Origin: Pristiophorus japonicus
Lineage: Eukaryota
Direction: 5' to 3'
Length of the DNA: 64,000 nt
Assembly: GCF_044704955.1 (NCBI RefSeq)
Contig: NC_091991.1
Location: forward strand, 125,860,001 to 125,924,000
In this document: positions 12,426-25,073 of the stretch, one piece after another
Position numbering within the stretch: position 1 is the stretch's first letter
Layout of the letters: the number at the start of each line of letters is the position of its first letter
Position numbers and translations under genes: made by a program
The notes under the pieces: generated by a model
Told to the model about the DNA's origin: nothing
The model's database searches: none
Seen by the model: the letters and a program-made list of their open reading frames with translations, nothing else

Positions 12426-12949
12426 TGTTGTTTTGAAGGTTCTTGGGTATCTAGCTTTTTTAAATGCTATTTAAACAAATTACCTTTGATTCCAATAAAA
12501 CACACTGGGTTAGATTTTCGACAGGTTTACAACCGGTTTTTCGCCTGGACGAAGCGCAAAAGCTACTTTTTTTTCGTGCTAAACGAGTTGCACAGCATTT
12601 TGCGCCCGGGTGGAAATTTAGGCAGTGATTTTGCAGCGGTTTTAGCGCCCGCCCGATGTTTTCACCGTTTGGATGATGTCAATCGGCATGCCATGCTGCG
12701 CTGTCGCCCCAGGCGGAAAATTCGGCGATATCGCCCGATTTACCGTCCGCCCGGGAACCCGCCAGAAAAGATCAGTCGAACCCAGGGCACACCCGGAGCT
12801 AAAGACACCATCTTGAAAATGGAGCAGAAGTTCAGCACAAACGGATTTGGAGAAGAAGGCTGTGTTTTACACAGTGAAATTTTATTTAAGTTTATATTTC
12901 ATTTTAAAGGATTTTTTTTAATGCAGCGTCGAACTGGAAGAAAGCTTAT

Positions 12950-14265
12950 TGATGATCATTTTGAGCATAATCAAAGAGGTCGCAGACATATGGGAGGAGG
13001 CCTTACCCCCCACAAGTTTACAGGCAACAGCATTCATACCTGCAGCTCTCTGAGGCACAGTGCATTAGAAGACTGTGCTTCCAAAAAGAGGTGGTCACAG
13101 AGATATGCCAGCTCCTACAGACAGAGGTACAGCCTACCAGTGGCAACAGGACAGCACTGCCTGTCGAGGTGAAGGTGACTGCGGCATTTGCCTTCTATGC
13201 TTCCGGCTCCTTTCAGATATCAGCAGGGGACATATGCTCCATCTCACAGTACACTACACTTTGCTGCATTTGCCAGGTGACTATTGTACTTTACACATGC
13301 AGGATGGACTTCATAAACTTTCCAATGACCAAGGAGGCCCAGAATGAGAAGGCTGTAGGTTTTGGACAAATTGCTGGCTTCCCCAAGTTTCAGGGTGCCC
13401 TTAACTGTACGCATATTGCCCTGCGAGCACCTTTACAGAAGTTTACTGAAACCGAAAGGGATTTCACTCCATGAATGTACAAATCGTCTGCGACCATACT
13501 CAGCGCATCATGGCAGTCAAACATCGCCGCTCATCATGGCAGCTCATCGGCGAGAGCATGCAGAAATCAAGCGGAGGCAGCGGAAAGAGCGTGTGGTAAA
13601 CCTGTCCCACCCAGCCTTTCCCTCAACGACTATCTGTCCCACCTGTGACAGGGACTGTGGTTCTCGTATTGGACTGTTCAGCCCACTAAGGATTCATTTT
13701 AAGAGTGGAAGCAAGTCTTCCTCAATTCCGAGGGACTGCCTATGATGATGATGGCAGTCAATATCCAGGGAGCATCCATGATGCTTTCATCTTGCATGAG
13801 AGCAGTGTCTCATGCCCGTTCGAGCATCAACCACAAGGCTAGAGCTGGATGCTGGGGGACAAAGGTTACGACCTCGCCACCTGGCTCGTGACCCCTCAGA
13901 CAGAAGCTGAGCATTGCCATAATGCGAGCCATATAGCCACACGCAACATTGTCGAACAGACAATTGGTCTGATGCCTGGACCACTCTGGAGGCTGCCTGC
14001 AATACTCCCCTCAACAGATCTCTGAGTTCATTGTGGTGTGCTGCATGCTACACAACGTAGCCATCATGAGAGGACAGAATTAGCCAATGAGGACTGCAGA
14101 GCCACCTCAGGAGAGAGGGGAGGACGAGGAGGAGGAGGAGTTCAAGGACGAGGAGCCTGGGGAGGAACCCATGCCATCCCCACCACAACCACAGGCTAGG
14201 CTCGTGCAGCTTTCGCCACTGCAAAAGCCTTACGTCAGCAGCTCATAATTCAATGCGTTGCTTGA
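12950..14265 (+). pseudogene. Harbinger (HARBI1-like DDE) transposase remnant, interrupted by an RTE fragment
   Basis: ALPVEVKVTAAFAFYASGSFQ, QGALNCTHI, PGSIHDA, LGDKGY motifs with frameshifts. Confidence 0.9.
13521..13750 (+). mobile_element. RTE-clade LINE 3' end
   Basis: C-terminal Zn finger CPTCDRDCGSRIGLFSPLRIH, (ATG)n tail, 11-bp TSD ATGGCAGTCAA at 13510-13520 and 13751-13761. Confidence 0.85.
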
Positions 14266-14361
14266 AGAGTGACTGGCATGTTTGACCATTGCCTAACCAC
14301 TCTATCCCACCATGTTGACTATTCACACTCTTATTCTGCTAATGAGACACTACACAGGAAT

Positions 14362-14573
14362 TGTAGTGTATGGAGAAAGAGTCAGACTGAACACTGTTAG
14401 CTCAAAGTAAAGTGTGACTGTAGTCTTTTATTGCAGGTCTCCAGTGTGCCTCTCCAACCTGTGAAGTACTCTTAAATACCTGTGCTCCCAAGGGATTATG
14501 CGATCCCTTGGGACTCCGGGGAATGAGCCCTCTGGTGGCTGTACAGAGTATATACAAGACCAGATACATAACA
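14362..14573 (-). mobile_element. Solo LTR (Gypsy-type)
   Basis: TG...CA ends, 5-bp TSD GGAAT on both sides, AATAAA on the - strand. Confidence 0.85.
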
Positions 14574-16039
14574 GGAATGGTTAAGGTAAACAAAAGAATT
14601 TAATAAACATTGTAAACTTGTTAAACATAATTTTGAAACTTAAATAAAATTTGAACTTCAACAGAATTTGTAAATTTTTTAAACTTTTATAAAATAACAA
14701 CATCAACAACAAATCAACAACCCCTGCACCCAACATCCGGCTCTCCCACGCGCCCCCTGCTCACCCTAACCCCCCCTCCCTCGCACCCTCCTCCCTCACA
14801 TCATGACCCTACCCAAGTTGGCACCAATAGTTCGTGCAGCATGGTGCTAGGGTGCTGCTGTATTGGGGGGTGAGACAATGGAGATGCCATGTGTGGATCC
14901 ATTGGAGAAGCTCGCGGTATGGAAGCCCCGGCTTCTGAGTGGCGAGCCTCTTGCTCAGTGTTGCCAGTCACAGGTGATGTGGCTCTGGGTGTGACACTGG
15001 GGACTGCAGTGTCACAAATGGAAGCCATCAATTGCGCGTGGGCATTGACAGCCTCACAAGTTTCTTGGGTCGCATGGACAATCTGCGACCCGATCTCGGT
15101 CATGTTCGCAGATAGTGTTGCGATGCTTGCAGGAATCCTACCCAATACCACTAGGAGCTGTTGGGTGAACTGGAAGCTCTCTCTGGACAGTCCCACTATG
15201 TCCAGGTGTGCGCCTGCCTGTCTGTCAGCAGACCGGCTTTGCCGACTCACCCTCCGGAGAGACGGCATATGGGATTCAACCCCGGGAGTGCGTTGCTGCA
15301 TGCCACTAGTACTCAAGGCCTCGGACGGATGAAATCCCGAGAATGCTTTATTCTCGGACGAGGTGCTGTCCGGGTGAAAAAGAGATGTCGAGTGCATCTG
15401 CCCCCCCCCCCCCCTCCGGACCTCCACCAGAGTAGGCTGCTCCATCCACTCCTCTCCTTCAAGTTCCTCGTCCTCGCTCTCGTCCTTCGCCACCCCCCCC
15501 CCCCCAACATGACGGCCTGAGGTGGAGGCTTCCATTGAGGAATTTGGCACATGCGACTCCTCATCTGGAAATAGAAAGCAACAGACGAGTAGTTAGCAGG
15601 GGAGGGGGCAGGGTGACATGAGTAAGGTCACATAGCACAAGCTCAGTTGAAGGACCACCACTACTCCATTATATGTAGTCCAGAGACACTGCATGACATT
15701 GCCCCAACCCTAGTCCACAGACACTATATTACATTGCCCCAACCCAACCCGGAGAGTGTGCAGGACTTACCCTCACTATCAAATGGGGGGTGAGCATCCC
15801 CATGGGCAGTTGCCCTCCCTGAGGCCCGATCAGACCAGCCACTCTTTCCTCGAGATCTGTCAGAGGCATGGTTCTGGGTGGACCGCTGCCTGTCCGCCGC
15901 TGCTCCTGGCGGTTGTGGGACATCTTTCCCTGCAAAGATGACAATGGGAATGGTTACCAGAGGGCCCATGTGCTCTTGTGACACAAACACAAAGCCACCA
16001 AAGCACTTATACCATAGTGTGCATTTAATACATTATCAT

Positions 16040-17003
16040 CATAAGAACATAAGAACTAGGAGCAGGAGTAGGCCGTACAGCCCCTCGAGCCTGCTCCACC
16101 ATTTAATAAGATCATGGCTGATCTGATCATGGACTCAGCTCCACTTCCCAGCCCGCTCTCCATAACCCCTTATCCCCTTATCGTTTAAGAAACTGTCTAT
16201 TTCTGTCTTAAATTTATTCAATGTCCCAGCTTTTACAGCTTTCTGAGGCAGCGAATTCCACAGGTTAACAACCCTCTGAGAGAAGAAATTTCTCCTCATC
16301 TCTGCTTTAAATGGGCGGCCTCTTATTCTAAGATCATGCCCTCTAGTCTCCCCATCAATGGAAACATCCTCTCTGCATCCACCTTGTCAAGCCCCCTCAT
16401 AATCTTATACGTTTCGATAAGATCACCTCTCATCCTTCTGAACTCCAATGAGTAGAGGCCCAACCTATTCAACCTTTCCTCATAAGTCAACTCCCTCATG
16501 CCCGGAATCAACCTAGTGAACCTTCCCTGAACTGCCTCCAAAGCAAATATATCCTTTCGTAAATATGGAAACCAAAACTGCGCACAGTATTCCAGGTATG
16601 GCCTCACCAATACGTTATATAGCTGTAGCAAGATGTCCCTGCTTTTATACTCCATCCCCTTCGCAATAAAGGCCAAGATACCATTGGCCTTCCTGATCAC
16701 TTGCTGTACCTGCATACTATCCTTTTGTGTTTCATGCACAAGTACCCCAGGTCCCGCTACACTGCGGCACTTTGCATTCTTCATTTAAATAATAACTTGC
16801 TCTTTGATTTTTTTTTGCCAAAGTGCATGACCTCACACTTTCCAATATTATACTCCATCTGCCAAATTTTTGCCCACTCACTTAGCCTGTCTATGTCCTT
16901 TTACAGATTTTGTGTGTCCGCCTCAAACATTGCTTTTCCTCCCATCTTTGAATCGTCAGCAAACTTGGCTATGTTACACTCAGTCCCTTCTTCCAAGTCG
17001 TTC
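16040..17003 (-). mobile_element. CR1 3' fragment
   Basis: ORF 16323-16784 (RPYLEYCAQFW..RRMRGDLIE); cataagaacataagaa tail. Confidence 0.92.
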
Positions 17004-17328
17004 ATAGATGGTCCCTTGAACGAGAATGACTTGCTTTCCACCAGAGTTCACAGATGTTTCAATGAAGGACCCTATGATCCAGTCCTGAACTCCAATTGAA
17101 GGGGTGGAAGATGCCTGTGCGTGGATTTTTTTAATGTGTGGTGACCACACGGGTTCGACATAGCTAGGCCTTTATCCAGTGGCAAGAGTTGAACCAGGAT
17201 GACTGGAGACCTGCTCTGCTGCATGGACCTAGTGCGCACACATATCGCGGTGTGGGCTGGCCCATCCTCTGTTTACTGGCCCCGAAAGTTGCACGTGGTT
17301 CTTGAGGAAGACATCGAAGTGCAGAAAC
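17003..17328 (-). mobile_element. Non-coding retro-element with an RTE-like 3' end
   Basis: catagatggtcccttgaacgagaatgacttgctttccac resembles the reverse complement of the RTE 3' terminus at about 13705-13743. Confidence 0.55.
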
Positions 17329-17554
17329 ATCTTTTAAGTTCTCAGAAAGCAGTCTTAATAATGTGTAAAGATCATTCATGGCAAATAAGGTGCAACATCA
17401 AGCCTACCTATACCAACAGCATGAGAACAAATAGTGTGTCAGATTTATAATTTAAGTAATGAATGAGCGCATCAATAAAAATATTACTCTAATGACCCTG
17501 CAAAGGTCATTAAAACCTCTTGCGGCACTGTGTGTGGGTCCTTCAGATGGCGTC

Positions 17555-17788
17555 TGATACGTCCTTACTATACAGTATAAATGCACACGAGGCCCATGCT
17601 TGAGAGAAGGTCAGTCTGTGACCTGTCCTTTATTTCTTAGCATTCAAGTGATGAAGGTGGGTGGAGCTTCCCCTTTTATACCTGAAGGTCCAAGTTAAGA
17701 GTGTCTCCCACCTAGTGGTCATTGTTCTCACAGTTTACAACTTAGGTCAGATTATACATGGGTTACAATGCTGGTTGAATACATGACA
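17555..17788 (-). mobile_element. Solo LTR, same family as the LTRs of the 48238-50213 element
   Basis: TG...CA ends; TSD GCGTC/GCATC; reverse-complement similarity to 48238-48484. Confidence 0.9.
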
Positions 17789-18376
17789 GCATCGATGTAG
17801 AAGACCTTCTTAGATATGCTGGTCCAAATTCTACGAAAAACCGCTGGAAGGGGTTTACTTGCACTCCTCCTGTTTAATTCCACCCATCTCTTTTCAGCAG
17901 CACTTTGCCTCACTGCTGAACTTTCTGGCTCACTGCCTGCTCCCATCTCCTTCCATCATGAATTAATTCTAAAAATGGCTGATTCAGCCCTGGGTGTACT
18001 ATGCATATGCGGGCGCTCCCTGACATCTGACCAGAAGTGCGGGAAGAAAAAAAAATTGCAAAAGAGAAGATAAATTTGTGCATGCGCAGAAGCTCCAATT
18101 TTTTTTTTCCGCTCGCAAATTTCGGCTGCAGTGCACAAATTCAGTTGTGCAATGCCGGACTTATCGCTGTTGCTATAACGTTCTTGACTGCCGAATTTTG
18201 GGAGCTCTGGCAGTAACGGTAACCCAGCGGTAAAAAACACCTTTGGCCGCGATTATTGCCCAGAAATGGGCGAAATTGCTAAAACCCGAAATTCTAGCCC
18301 CAAAAGTTGCCATATTAGATTTATTTGTAACTTTTGAAAAACTTACTATTAAGTTAAAAATATGTTTTTCTTATAG

Positions 18377-18498
18377 CCAGGATCCAAAGTGCAGGAAGAC
18401 TTCACGAAGATGGATGACGATCTTAAGAAGTTAGCATGCTCATTGGCCAATAAAATGAATTGGATAGAAAAAGTCCTCAAATCAGAAATACATGAACG
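18377..18498 (+). CDS. ccdc154: CCDC154-like exon D
   Basis: ttttcttatAG|...|GTtagg; 122 nt, phase 0 in, phase 2 out. PGSKVQEDFTKMDDDLKKLACSLANKMNWIEKVLKSEIHE(R). Confidence 0.8.
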
Positions 18499-18677
18499 GT
18501 TAGGAAACCTATTTTTCCCAAATTCCATCATTTTTAAAATTTTTATAATACCTATATATCAATAAAGTATGGGCTGAAATACATTTTCACAGTTACAATG
18601 ACTCATTTTAGGGTAAGGGTGTAGGTTGAAATATTTCTGCTTTGGCCGTGGTGATTTGCAATTTTTTTTTACCTTAG

Positions 18678-19150
18678 AATATAGAATGATAGAAACATAC
18701 AGCAGAGAGGAAAGCCATTCAGCTCATCGTGCCTGTGCTGGCTCACTGAAAGATTAACAATTAGTCCCATTCGCCTTCTCTTTCCCCACAGCCCTGCAAA
18801 GTTTTCCTTTTTAAGTAGAGCTCCAATTCCCTTTTGAAAGCTACTATTGAATCTGCTTCCACCAGCCTTTCTGTCATTTCCGCTCAACAACTCCCTGAGC
18901 AAAAAGATTTCTTCTTATCTCCCTCTGATTTTTTTGCCAATTATTTTAAATCTGTGTCCTCTGGTTTCTCTCTATCAAAACCCCTCATACTTTTGAACAC
19001 CTCTATTAAATCGCCCATTAACCTTCTCTGTTCTAAGGAGAAAATCCCAGCTTTCTAGTCTCCAGATAACTGAAACACCTCATCCCTTGTACTATTCTGG
19101 TAAATAACCACTGCACCCTCTTCAAAGCCCTGACATTTTTCTTGTAGCGT
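18678..19150 (-). mobile_element. Old CR1 3' fragment
   Basis: CR1 3'UTR-like (tagaaacatacagc...gccattcagc) plus a decayed ORF2 end. Confidence 0.65.
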
Positions 19151-19315
19151 GATAAAATGGTGATAAAAGTTTAAAAAGGTTTTTAACCAAGATGTATTGA
19201 ATGTTTTGCTTGTAATTTGCTTTTTGCAGGTTGAAATATATATGCTGAGAACGTTCCAATTCCTGAAAGTTCAGTTGGTGAGGAAGCAAAAATGTTTGGG
19301 AGTGGGAAAGACTTA

Positions 19316-19955
19316 GGGGTGGAAATTCGTTTGGAGGCTAATTAGGGCACCAATGGTGGTGGGATGGTAAATTTTGCGGCAGGAAATTGTTGCGCCTGCA
19401 GCCTAAAATTCAGTAGCTGGGCCCTGGGTGTGGAGCGGAGCGCTTAGGATGGCGTTCCACACCTGTCTTAGGGCGCTAGGCCGACTGAGTAACTGAGAAT
19501 CCATTGCTAAAGAGCTGGCCTCAGAGCGCTCTAAAAGAGGCTTCCCTGGAAAAAAAATCACCCCAAAAAATCACAAAAAACATTCCCAATACCTTGCTCA
19601 TCCCACGTAAAGATAACTGGCAAAAATCAAAAAAAAAAACAATCACACTTACCTTATGCAGTCATTCCTTCCCTCACCGCCATTGGAACAGTTCGGACCG
19701 CCCACTTTCCCAGGCGGTCTCACTACGGGGCGCTATGGTCACTACAGGGTCAGCACGAAACAAAAATCATTGCGCTGTTGAAAGCGGGGGAGATGCACAC
19801 CAGCTCGACGCCCCTGGCTGGTACTGGTCAGCGCCGCCTGCACTGGTACACTGAATGTGCCGAGCGGCGTGAACGTCGGTGCTCATGGCGCCAACCTCTT
19901 TAGAGCCTCTGTTACGACCCTTTCCAGGGGCACTAAGCAACTAAATTTAAACCCC
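19316..19955. mobile_element. Harbinger-type MITE
   Basis: TIRs ggggtggaaattcg / ctaaatttaaacccc; TSD TTA/ATA. Confidence 0.65.
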
Positions 19956-20209
19956 ATAAAGTTTTCGTTAAATCCCATAAGTCGGAATCTGAGATATGGG
20001 TGAACCACACAGACATGATGGTACACAGGTTTATGCGATGTTGAAAAGTTCTGTATTTACACACACATCTGAAACGACAATTAAATATAGCATATTGCGG
20101 AATGTGTCGCTACCACTTTTGGAAATTTGACTGGAAAGAATGTATGTATGAAGGTGCAAGGAATTTGGACCAAGAAATTTATTGATGCTGCGCCCATTTT
20201 GCAAAGGTA

Positions 20210-21492
20210 AAACATTTATGAAAGGGAAATCATGCTTGACAAATCTTCTAGAATTTTTTGAGGATGTAATTAGTAGAGTGGACAAGGGAGAACCAGTGGA
20301 TGTGGTGTACTTGGACTTTCAAAAGGCTTTTGACAAGGTCCCACACAAGAGATTAAAGCACATGGTATTGGGGGTAATGTATTGCCGTGGATAGAGAACT
20401 GGTTGGCAGACAGGAAGCAAAGAGTAGGAATAAATGGGTTCTTTTCAGTGACTAGTGGGGTGGCATAAGGTTCAGTGCTGGGACCCCAACTATTTACAAT
20501 ATACATTAATGATTTAGACGAAGGAATTGAATGTAATATCTCCAAGTTTGCAGATGACAGTAAGCTGGGTGGCAGTGTGAGCTGTGAGGAAGATGCTAAG
20601 AGGCTGCAGGGTGACTTGGACAGGTTAGGTGAGTAGGCAAATGCATGGCAGATGCAGTATAATGTAGATAAATGTGAGGTTATCCACTTTGGTGGTAAAA
20701 ACAGGAAGGCAGAATATTATCTGAATGGTGACAGATTAGGAAAAGGGGAGGTGCAACGAGACCTGGGTGTAATGGTACATCAGTCATTGAAAGTTGGCAT
20801 GCAGGTACAGCAGGCGGTGAAGAAGGCAAATGGCATGTTGGCCTTCATAACTAGGGGATTTGAGTATAGGAGCAGGGAGGTCTTACTGTAGTTGTACAGG
20901 GCCTTGGTGAGGCCACACCTGGAATATTGTGTACAATTTTGGTCTCCTAATCTGAGGAAGGGCATTCTTGCAATTGAGGGAGTACAGCGAAGGTTCACCA
21001 GACAGATTCCCGGGATGACAGGACTGACATATGAAGAAAGACTGGATCTAGTAGGCTTACATTCACTGGAATTTAGAAGGATGAGAGGGGATCTCATAGA
21101 AACATATAAAATTCTGACGGGACTGGACAGGTTAGATGCAGGAAGAATGCTCCCAATGTTGGGGAAGTCCAGAACCAGGGATCACAATTTGAGGATAAGG
21201 GGTAAGCCATTTAGGACTGAGATGAGGAGAAAATTCTTCACTCAAAGAATTGTGAACCTGTGAAATTCTCTACCACAGAAAGTTGTTGAGGCCAGTTCAT
21301 TAGATATATTCAAAAGGGAGTAAGATGTGGCCCTTACAGCGAAAGGGATCAAGGGGTATGGAGAGAAAGCAGGAAAGCGGTACTGAGGTGAATGATCAGC
21401 CATGATCTTATTGAATGATGGTGCAGGCTCGAAGGGCCGAATGGACTGCTCCTGCACCTATTTTCTATGTTTCTGTGTTTTTGTGTTTCTAT
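20210..21492 (+). mobile_element. CR1 3' half
   Basis: RT motifs in ORFs 20182-20394, 20652-20891 and 20892-21263; tttctatgtttctgtg tail. Confidence 0.93.
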
Positions 21493-21779
21493 CTGCCTAA
21501 GCGTTCAATATGGCGGGTGGCACGGCGCTCTCATTCCACGCTGCAAGTGTGGCGCTAACAGGCAGCAAGGACCCTTAAAAAGTAAAATTTAAAGGGCGCA
21601 TCCACTACATACAGATTAGTTGCTGTATGATAGGCTGCTGGTTAACTTCTGACCATTTCTTTTCTCACTTCAACAACTGAATTCTGACTTCTGCTAAGAA
21701 GCTTTTGCTGTTGCTGTACTGCTTTTGTCTGCCTTCAAAACCGTTTCACTGTTGTTTGGGGTGCTCTGGTAGGTCTGCC

Positions 21780-22600
21780 TTTGGGGCTGGAGGATGAAGG
21801 GGAGCAGTCAGGAAGACCGGAGAGAGCAGGAACAGCTGAGAGATGATGGAGGAGGAAGGCACTGCGGAGGAGACCATACCTACAACTGTCTTCAAGGAGC
21901 ATCTCTCCTACCTTAACTTCACTGAGGAGCAATATGTCAGGCACCTTCGCTTAACAACAGAGGCTATGTCGCATGTTGCAGTCACAACTCAAATCTCCAA
22001 TCAGAGCATGGACAGCAACGCCTGTGGCTGTCACGGTCATCGTGGCCCTTAACTTTTATAAAAACAGGCTCCTTCAGGCTGAAGCAGGTGACATCTTCCA
22101 TTTGCTATTCACCATTGTATTAGGGAGGTCTCTATGCCAGGAGGAACATTTACACCTCTTTTCCAATACTTTGCCTGCATTGAAGACTTTCCCAGGATGT
22201 AAGGTACCATAGACTGCGCCCACATTGCCTGGTGTGCCTCCCATCACCATCCTGGCAATTTTCTGACTAGAAAGCGATTCCACTCCAACATCCAGCTTTT
22301 TGCGACCACAGGCAGCACATCATTCAAGTCTCTACCCAATTGCCTGGCAGCGGTCATTCATTCTGCACCAGACCTCTGTGCTGCCTTTAGTCCAATCAAG
22401 GCACAGACTGGCTACTGGGCAATAAGGGCTAGCTCTTTCAGACCTGCCTCGAGATCCCTATCAGAAGCCCAAGCACAGCTGCTGAGATGGCCTACAATGA
22501 GAGCTATTTTGTCATCAGAAATGTAATCGAGCAGACAGTCTGAATGCTTAAGCAGCACCTCGGCTGCCTGGACCTGGCCCAACATCTTCCACTGCTGGAG
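21780..22600 (+). pseudogene. Heavily decayed Harbinger transposase
   Basis: SYLNFTEEQYVRHLRL, VAVTVIVALNFY, GTIDCAH and RNVIEQT remnants. Confidence 0.75.
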
Positions 22601-22917
22601 AAAGTGGCCTCTGATACAGCAGGCCATCCTCATTAAATTCTTTGGTTTGCATTGCTTTGAAATGTACAGTACTCGAGGAATATGAAATGCATTTTGTCAA
22701 ACAGAACAACAGTGTGCCATTAGTGGCAGATACGGGTTCTGTAGAGCATTCGTGTTGATGACAGCAATAAATAATACTAAATTTCTCGAGTTCTTGCTCA
22801 TCTGCCAGTTTTTGTAGTCACCTTTGCTATTTTTTGTTTTAGTATAATTGATCACATGATTAAGAGCCAAGTAGAGTCTGAAATGATTTTAGAGTAGAAA
22901 TGGTTGGGAACATCATG

Positions 22918-25073
22918 GGGCTCAACTTTCCACTTTGCTGACTATCGCCCAAAAAATGGGCGATGTTCCAGCCTGAATGGTGTGTCAGCCTTCATGATTG
23001 CTGGAACATCACCCATCTTTTGGATCGCGACTTTCGGCTCAGCGATAGCCCAGTGATGTGAGGTGGGCCCAGTGATGTGAGATGGGCCCAGTGATGTGAG
23101 GTGGGCCCAGTGATGTGAGATGGGCCCAGTGATGTGAGATGATGTGAGATGGGCCCAGTGATGTGAGATGATGTGAGATGGGCCCAGTGATGTGAGATGG
23201 GCCCAGTGATGTGAGATGGGCCCAGTGATGTGAGATGTGAGATGGGCCCAGTGATGTGAGATGATGTGAGATGGGCCCAGTGATGTGAGATGATGTGAGA
23301 TGGGCCCAGTGATGTGAGATGGGCCCAGTGATGTGAGATGAGCCCAGTGATGTGAGATGGGCCCAGTGATGTGAGATGGGCCCAGTGATGTGAGATGTGA
23401 GATGGGCCCAGTGATGTGAGATGATGTGAGATGTGAGATGATGTGAGATGGGCCCAGTGATGTGAGATGGGCCCAGTGATGTGAGATGATGTGAGGTGGG
23501 CCCAGTGATGTGAGATGGGCCCAGTGATGTGAGATGATGTGAGATGGGCCCAGTGATGTGAGGTGGGCCCAGTGATGTGAGATGGGCCCAGTGATGTGAG
23601 GTGGGCCCAGTGATGTGAGATGGGCCCAGTGATGTGAGATGGACCCAGTGATGTGAGATGATGTGAGATGGGCCCAGTGATGTGAGATGGGCCCAGTGAT
23701 GTGAGATGGGCCCAGTGATGTGAGATGATGTGAGATGGGCCCAGTGATGTGAGATGGGCCCAGTGATGTGAAATGGTCCCAGTGATGTGAAGGCAAAGCT
23801 TCCCTAGCAATGGCCATCTGCGCATGCATTTTTTTTTTGGTAAACAGGTTTTCCCGCGTTTCGGGAGGTCGGGGTTATTCACACATGCGCAGAAGGCAAA
23901 GGGAGGGGGAGGAGAGAGAGAGAGGAAATGGAAAGGAGAGCAGGAAAGAGAAAAAGAAAGAGAGAGAAAGAAAGAGGGAGAAAGATGTCTGACAGTTGTG
24001 GTCGACAACGAGTTGCACATTTAGGGAGTGGAATCCCTTTCGGTTAAGAAACATCTCTGCATTCTATAAAGGTGCTTTCAGGGCGATGTGCATGCAGTCT
24101 ATTGCTCCCTGCACCTTGGGCAAGTTTGCTATTCTCGAGAAACCCAAAGCCCTCCCGGTCTGTGCCTCCCTGGTCATGGGGAAGCTTATAAAGTCCATCC
24201 TGCGAGCATAAAGGGTTTCAGTCACCTGTCGAATGGAGCAGTGTGTGACGTGCTGAGAGATACCACAGATGTCGCCAGCTGAAGCCTGAAAGGAGCCAAA
24301 TGCGTAAAAGGATCGTGCCGCAGTAACCTTTACCTCAACGGGTAGTGCGGTCCTGACGGGCTGCAGATCCCCCTTGATGAGCTGGCATATCTCATTGATG
24401 ATCTCCTTTCAGAAGTGCAGCCTCCTAAGGCACGTGTTATCAGAAAAGTTGATGTAAGATTGCTTTTCCCTGTAAGTTTGTCGGCTGTACGGTCTCCTCC
24501 TCCGCCCCCATATTAGTCTGTGACTTCTTCGATTGGCCCCTTCACTAAACCCTTCACTTAACTCAACCTCAGACGCCAGCAATTGAGCAGTTACAAGTAA
24601 TGGTAGAGAAGCTACAGGCCCCATTACTATCACCATTATCACTATCACTATTGTTATAAATGCCCTTTGTACTAAAATAAAAATAAATATAAATATAAGT
24701 ATAACTGTGAATGGATCTACCAGTAAACGACCCTTAAATACTTCACAAATTATAAGCCCCTTGTTTAAGCAGCCTCCTCTCTTCCTCCGACATTCAAAAT
24801 GACGTCCGTAGGGCCGCGTTCTGTGAAAAAGGCCAGGGAAAAGCAGCTTTTCTCCAGCAAGTAATCAGCCCGGCAACGTGTGGGCGATGTGCCGAAAGTT
24901 ATGCTGGGCGATGTGTGGGTGATCACCTCAGCAATCATCTCGCTGATGTGAGCAGAAAGTTGGGCGATCAATTTTCCGGCGATGTTCCGGCCCAACTCTG
25001 CTCTTTTGATAGCAGGCCTTTTTGGGCAATATATGGGCACTAGCCCAATGATGTGAGGTGGAAAGTCTAGCCC
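22918..25073 (-). mobile_element. Harbinger deletion derivative H2 (N-terminal half of transposase on - strand, about 24623-23990)
   Basis: TIRs gggctcaactttccac / gtggaaagtctagccc; flanks ATG/GTG; RPYSRQTYREKQSYINFSDNTCLRRL and QGAIDCMHIAL remnants. Confidence 0.85.
23047..23790. repeat. Modular minisatellite (GGGCCCAGTGATGTGAGAT with 10- and 7-bp sub-modules)
   Basis: About 740 bp of near-perfect tandem 19-, 10- and 7-bp modules. Confidence 0.97.

Larger units (their letters stand above)
14801..17946 (-). pseudogene. Harbinger Myb/SANT-like gene of H1 (3 exons, disrupted)
   Basis: Exon 1 about 17946-17490 (RRIWTSIS...QCRKRF, split by a solo LTR); exon 2 about 15929-15770 (HNRQEQRRTGSGPP..LTDLEERV); exon 3 about 15565-14801. 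Confidence 0.8.
12507..18300 (+). mobile_element. Harbinger element H1 (transposase +, Myb/SANT gene -) with five nested insertions
   Basis: TIRs gggttagattttcg / cgaaattctagccc; transposase and Myb remnants in convergent orientation; TSD not clean. Confidence 0.85.

Noticed and set aside
12486-13172. 228-aa ORF as a novel gene
   Set aside because: It spans the Harbinger TIR and subterminal arm and an off-frame part of the transposase.
23047-23790. CRISPR-like array
   Set aside because: There are no unique spacers and no cas genes; it is a contiguous tandem repeat in vertebrate DNA.
22942-24020. Long His-rich ORFs (295 and 342 aa; SHHWAHLTSLGP repeats)
   Set aside because: They arise because the minisatellite has no stop codons on the - strand. 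Overlapping frames give the same peptides, and the region lies inside a transposon end.
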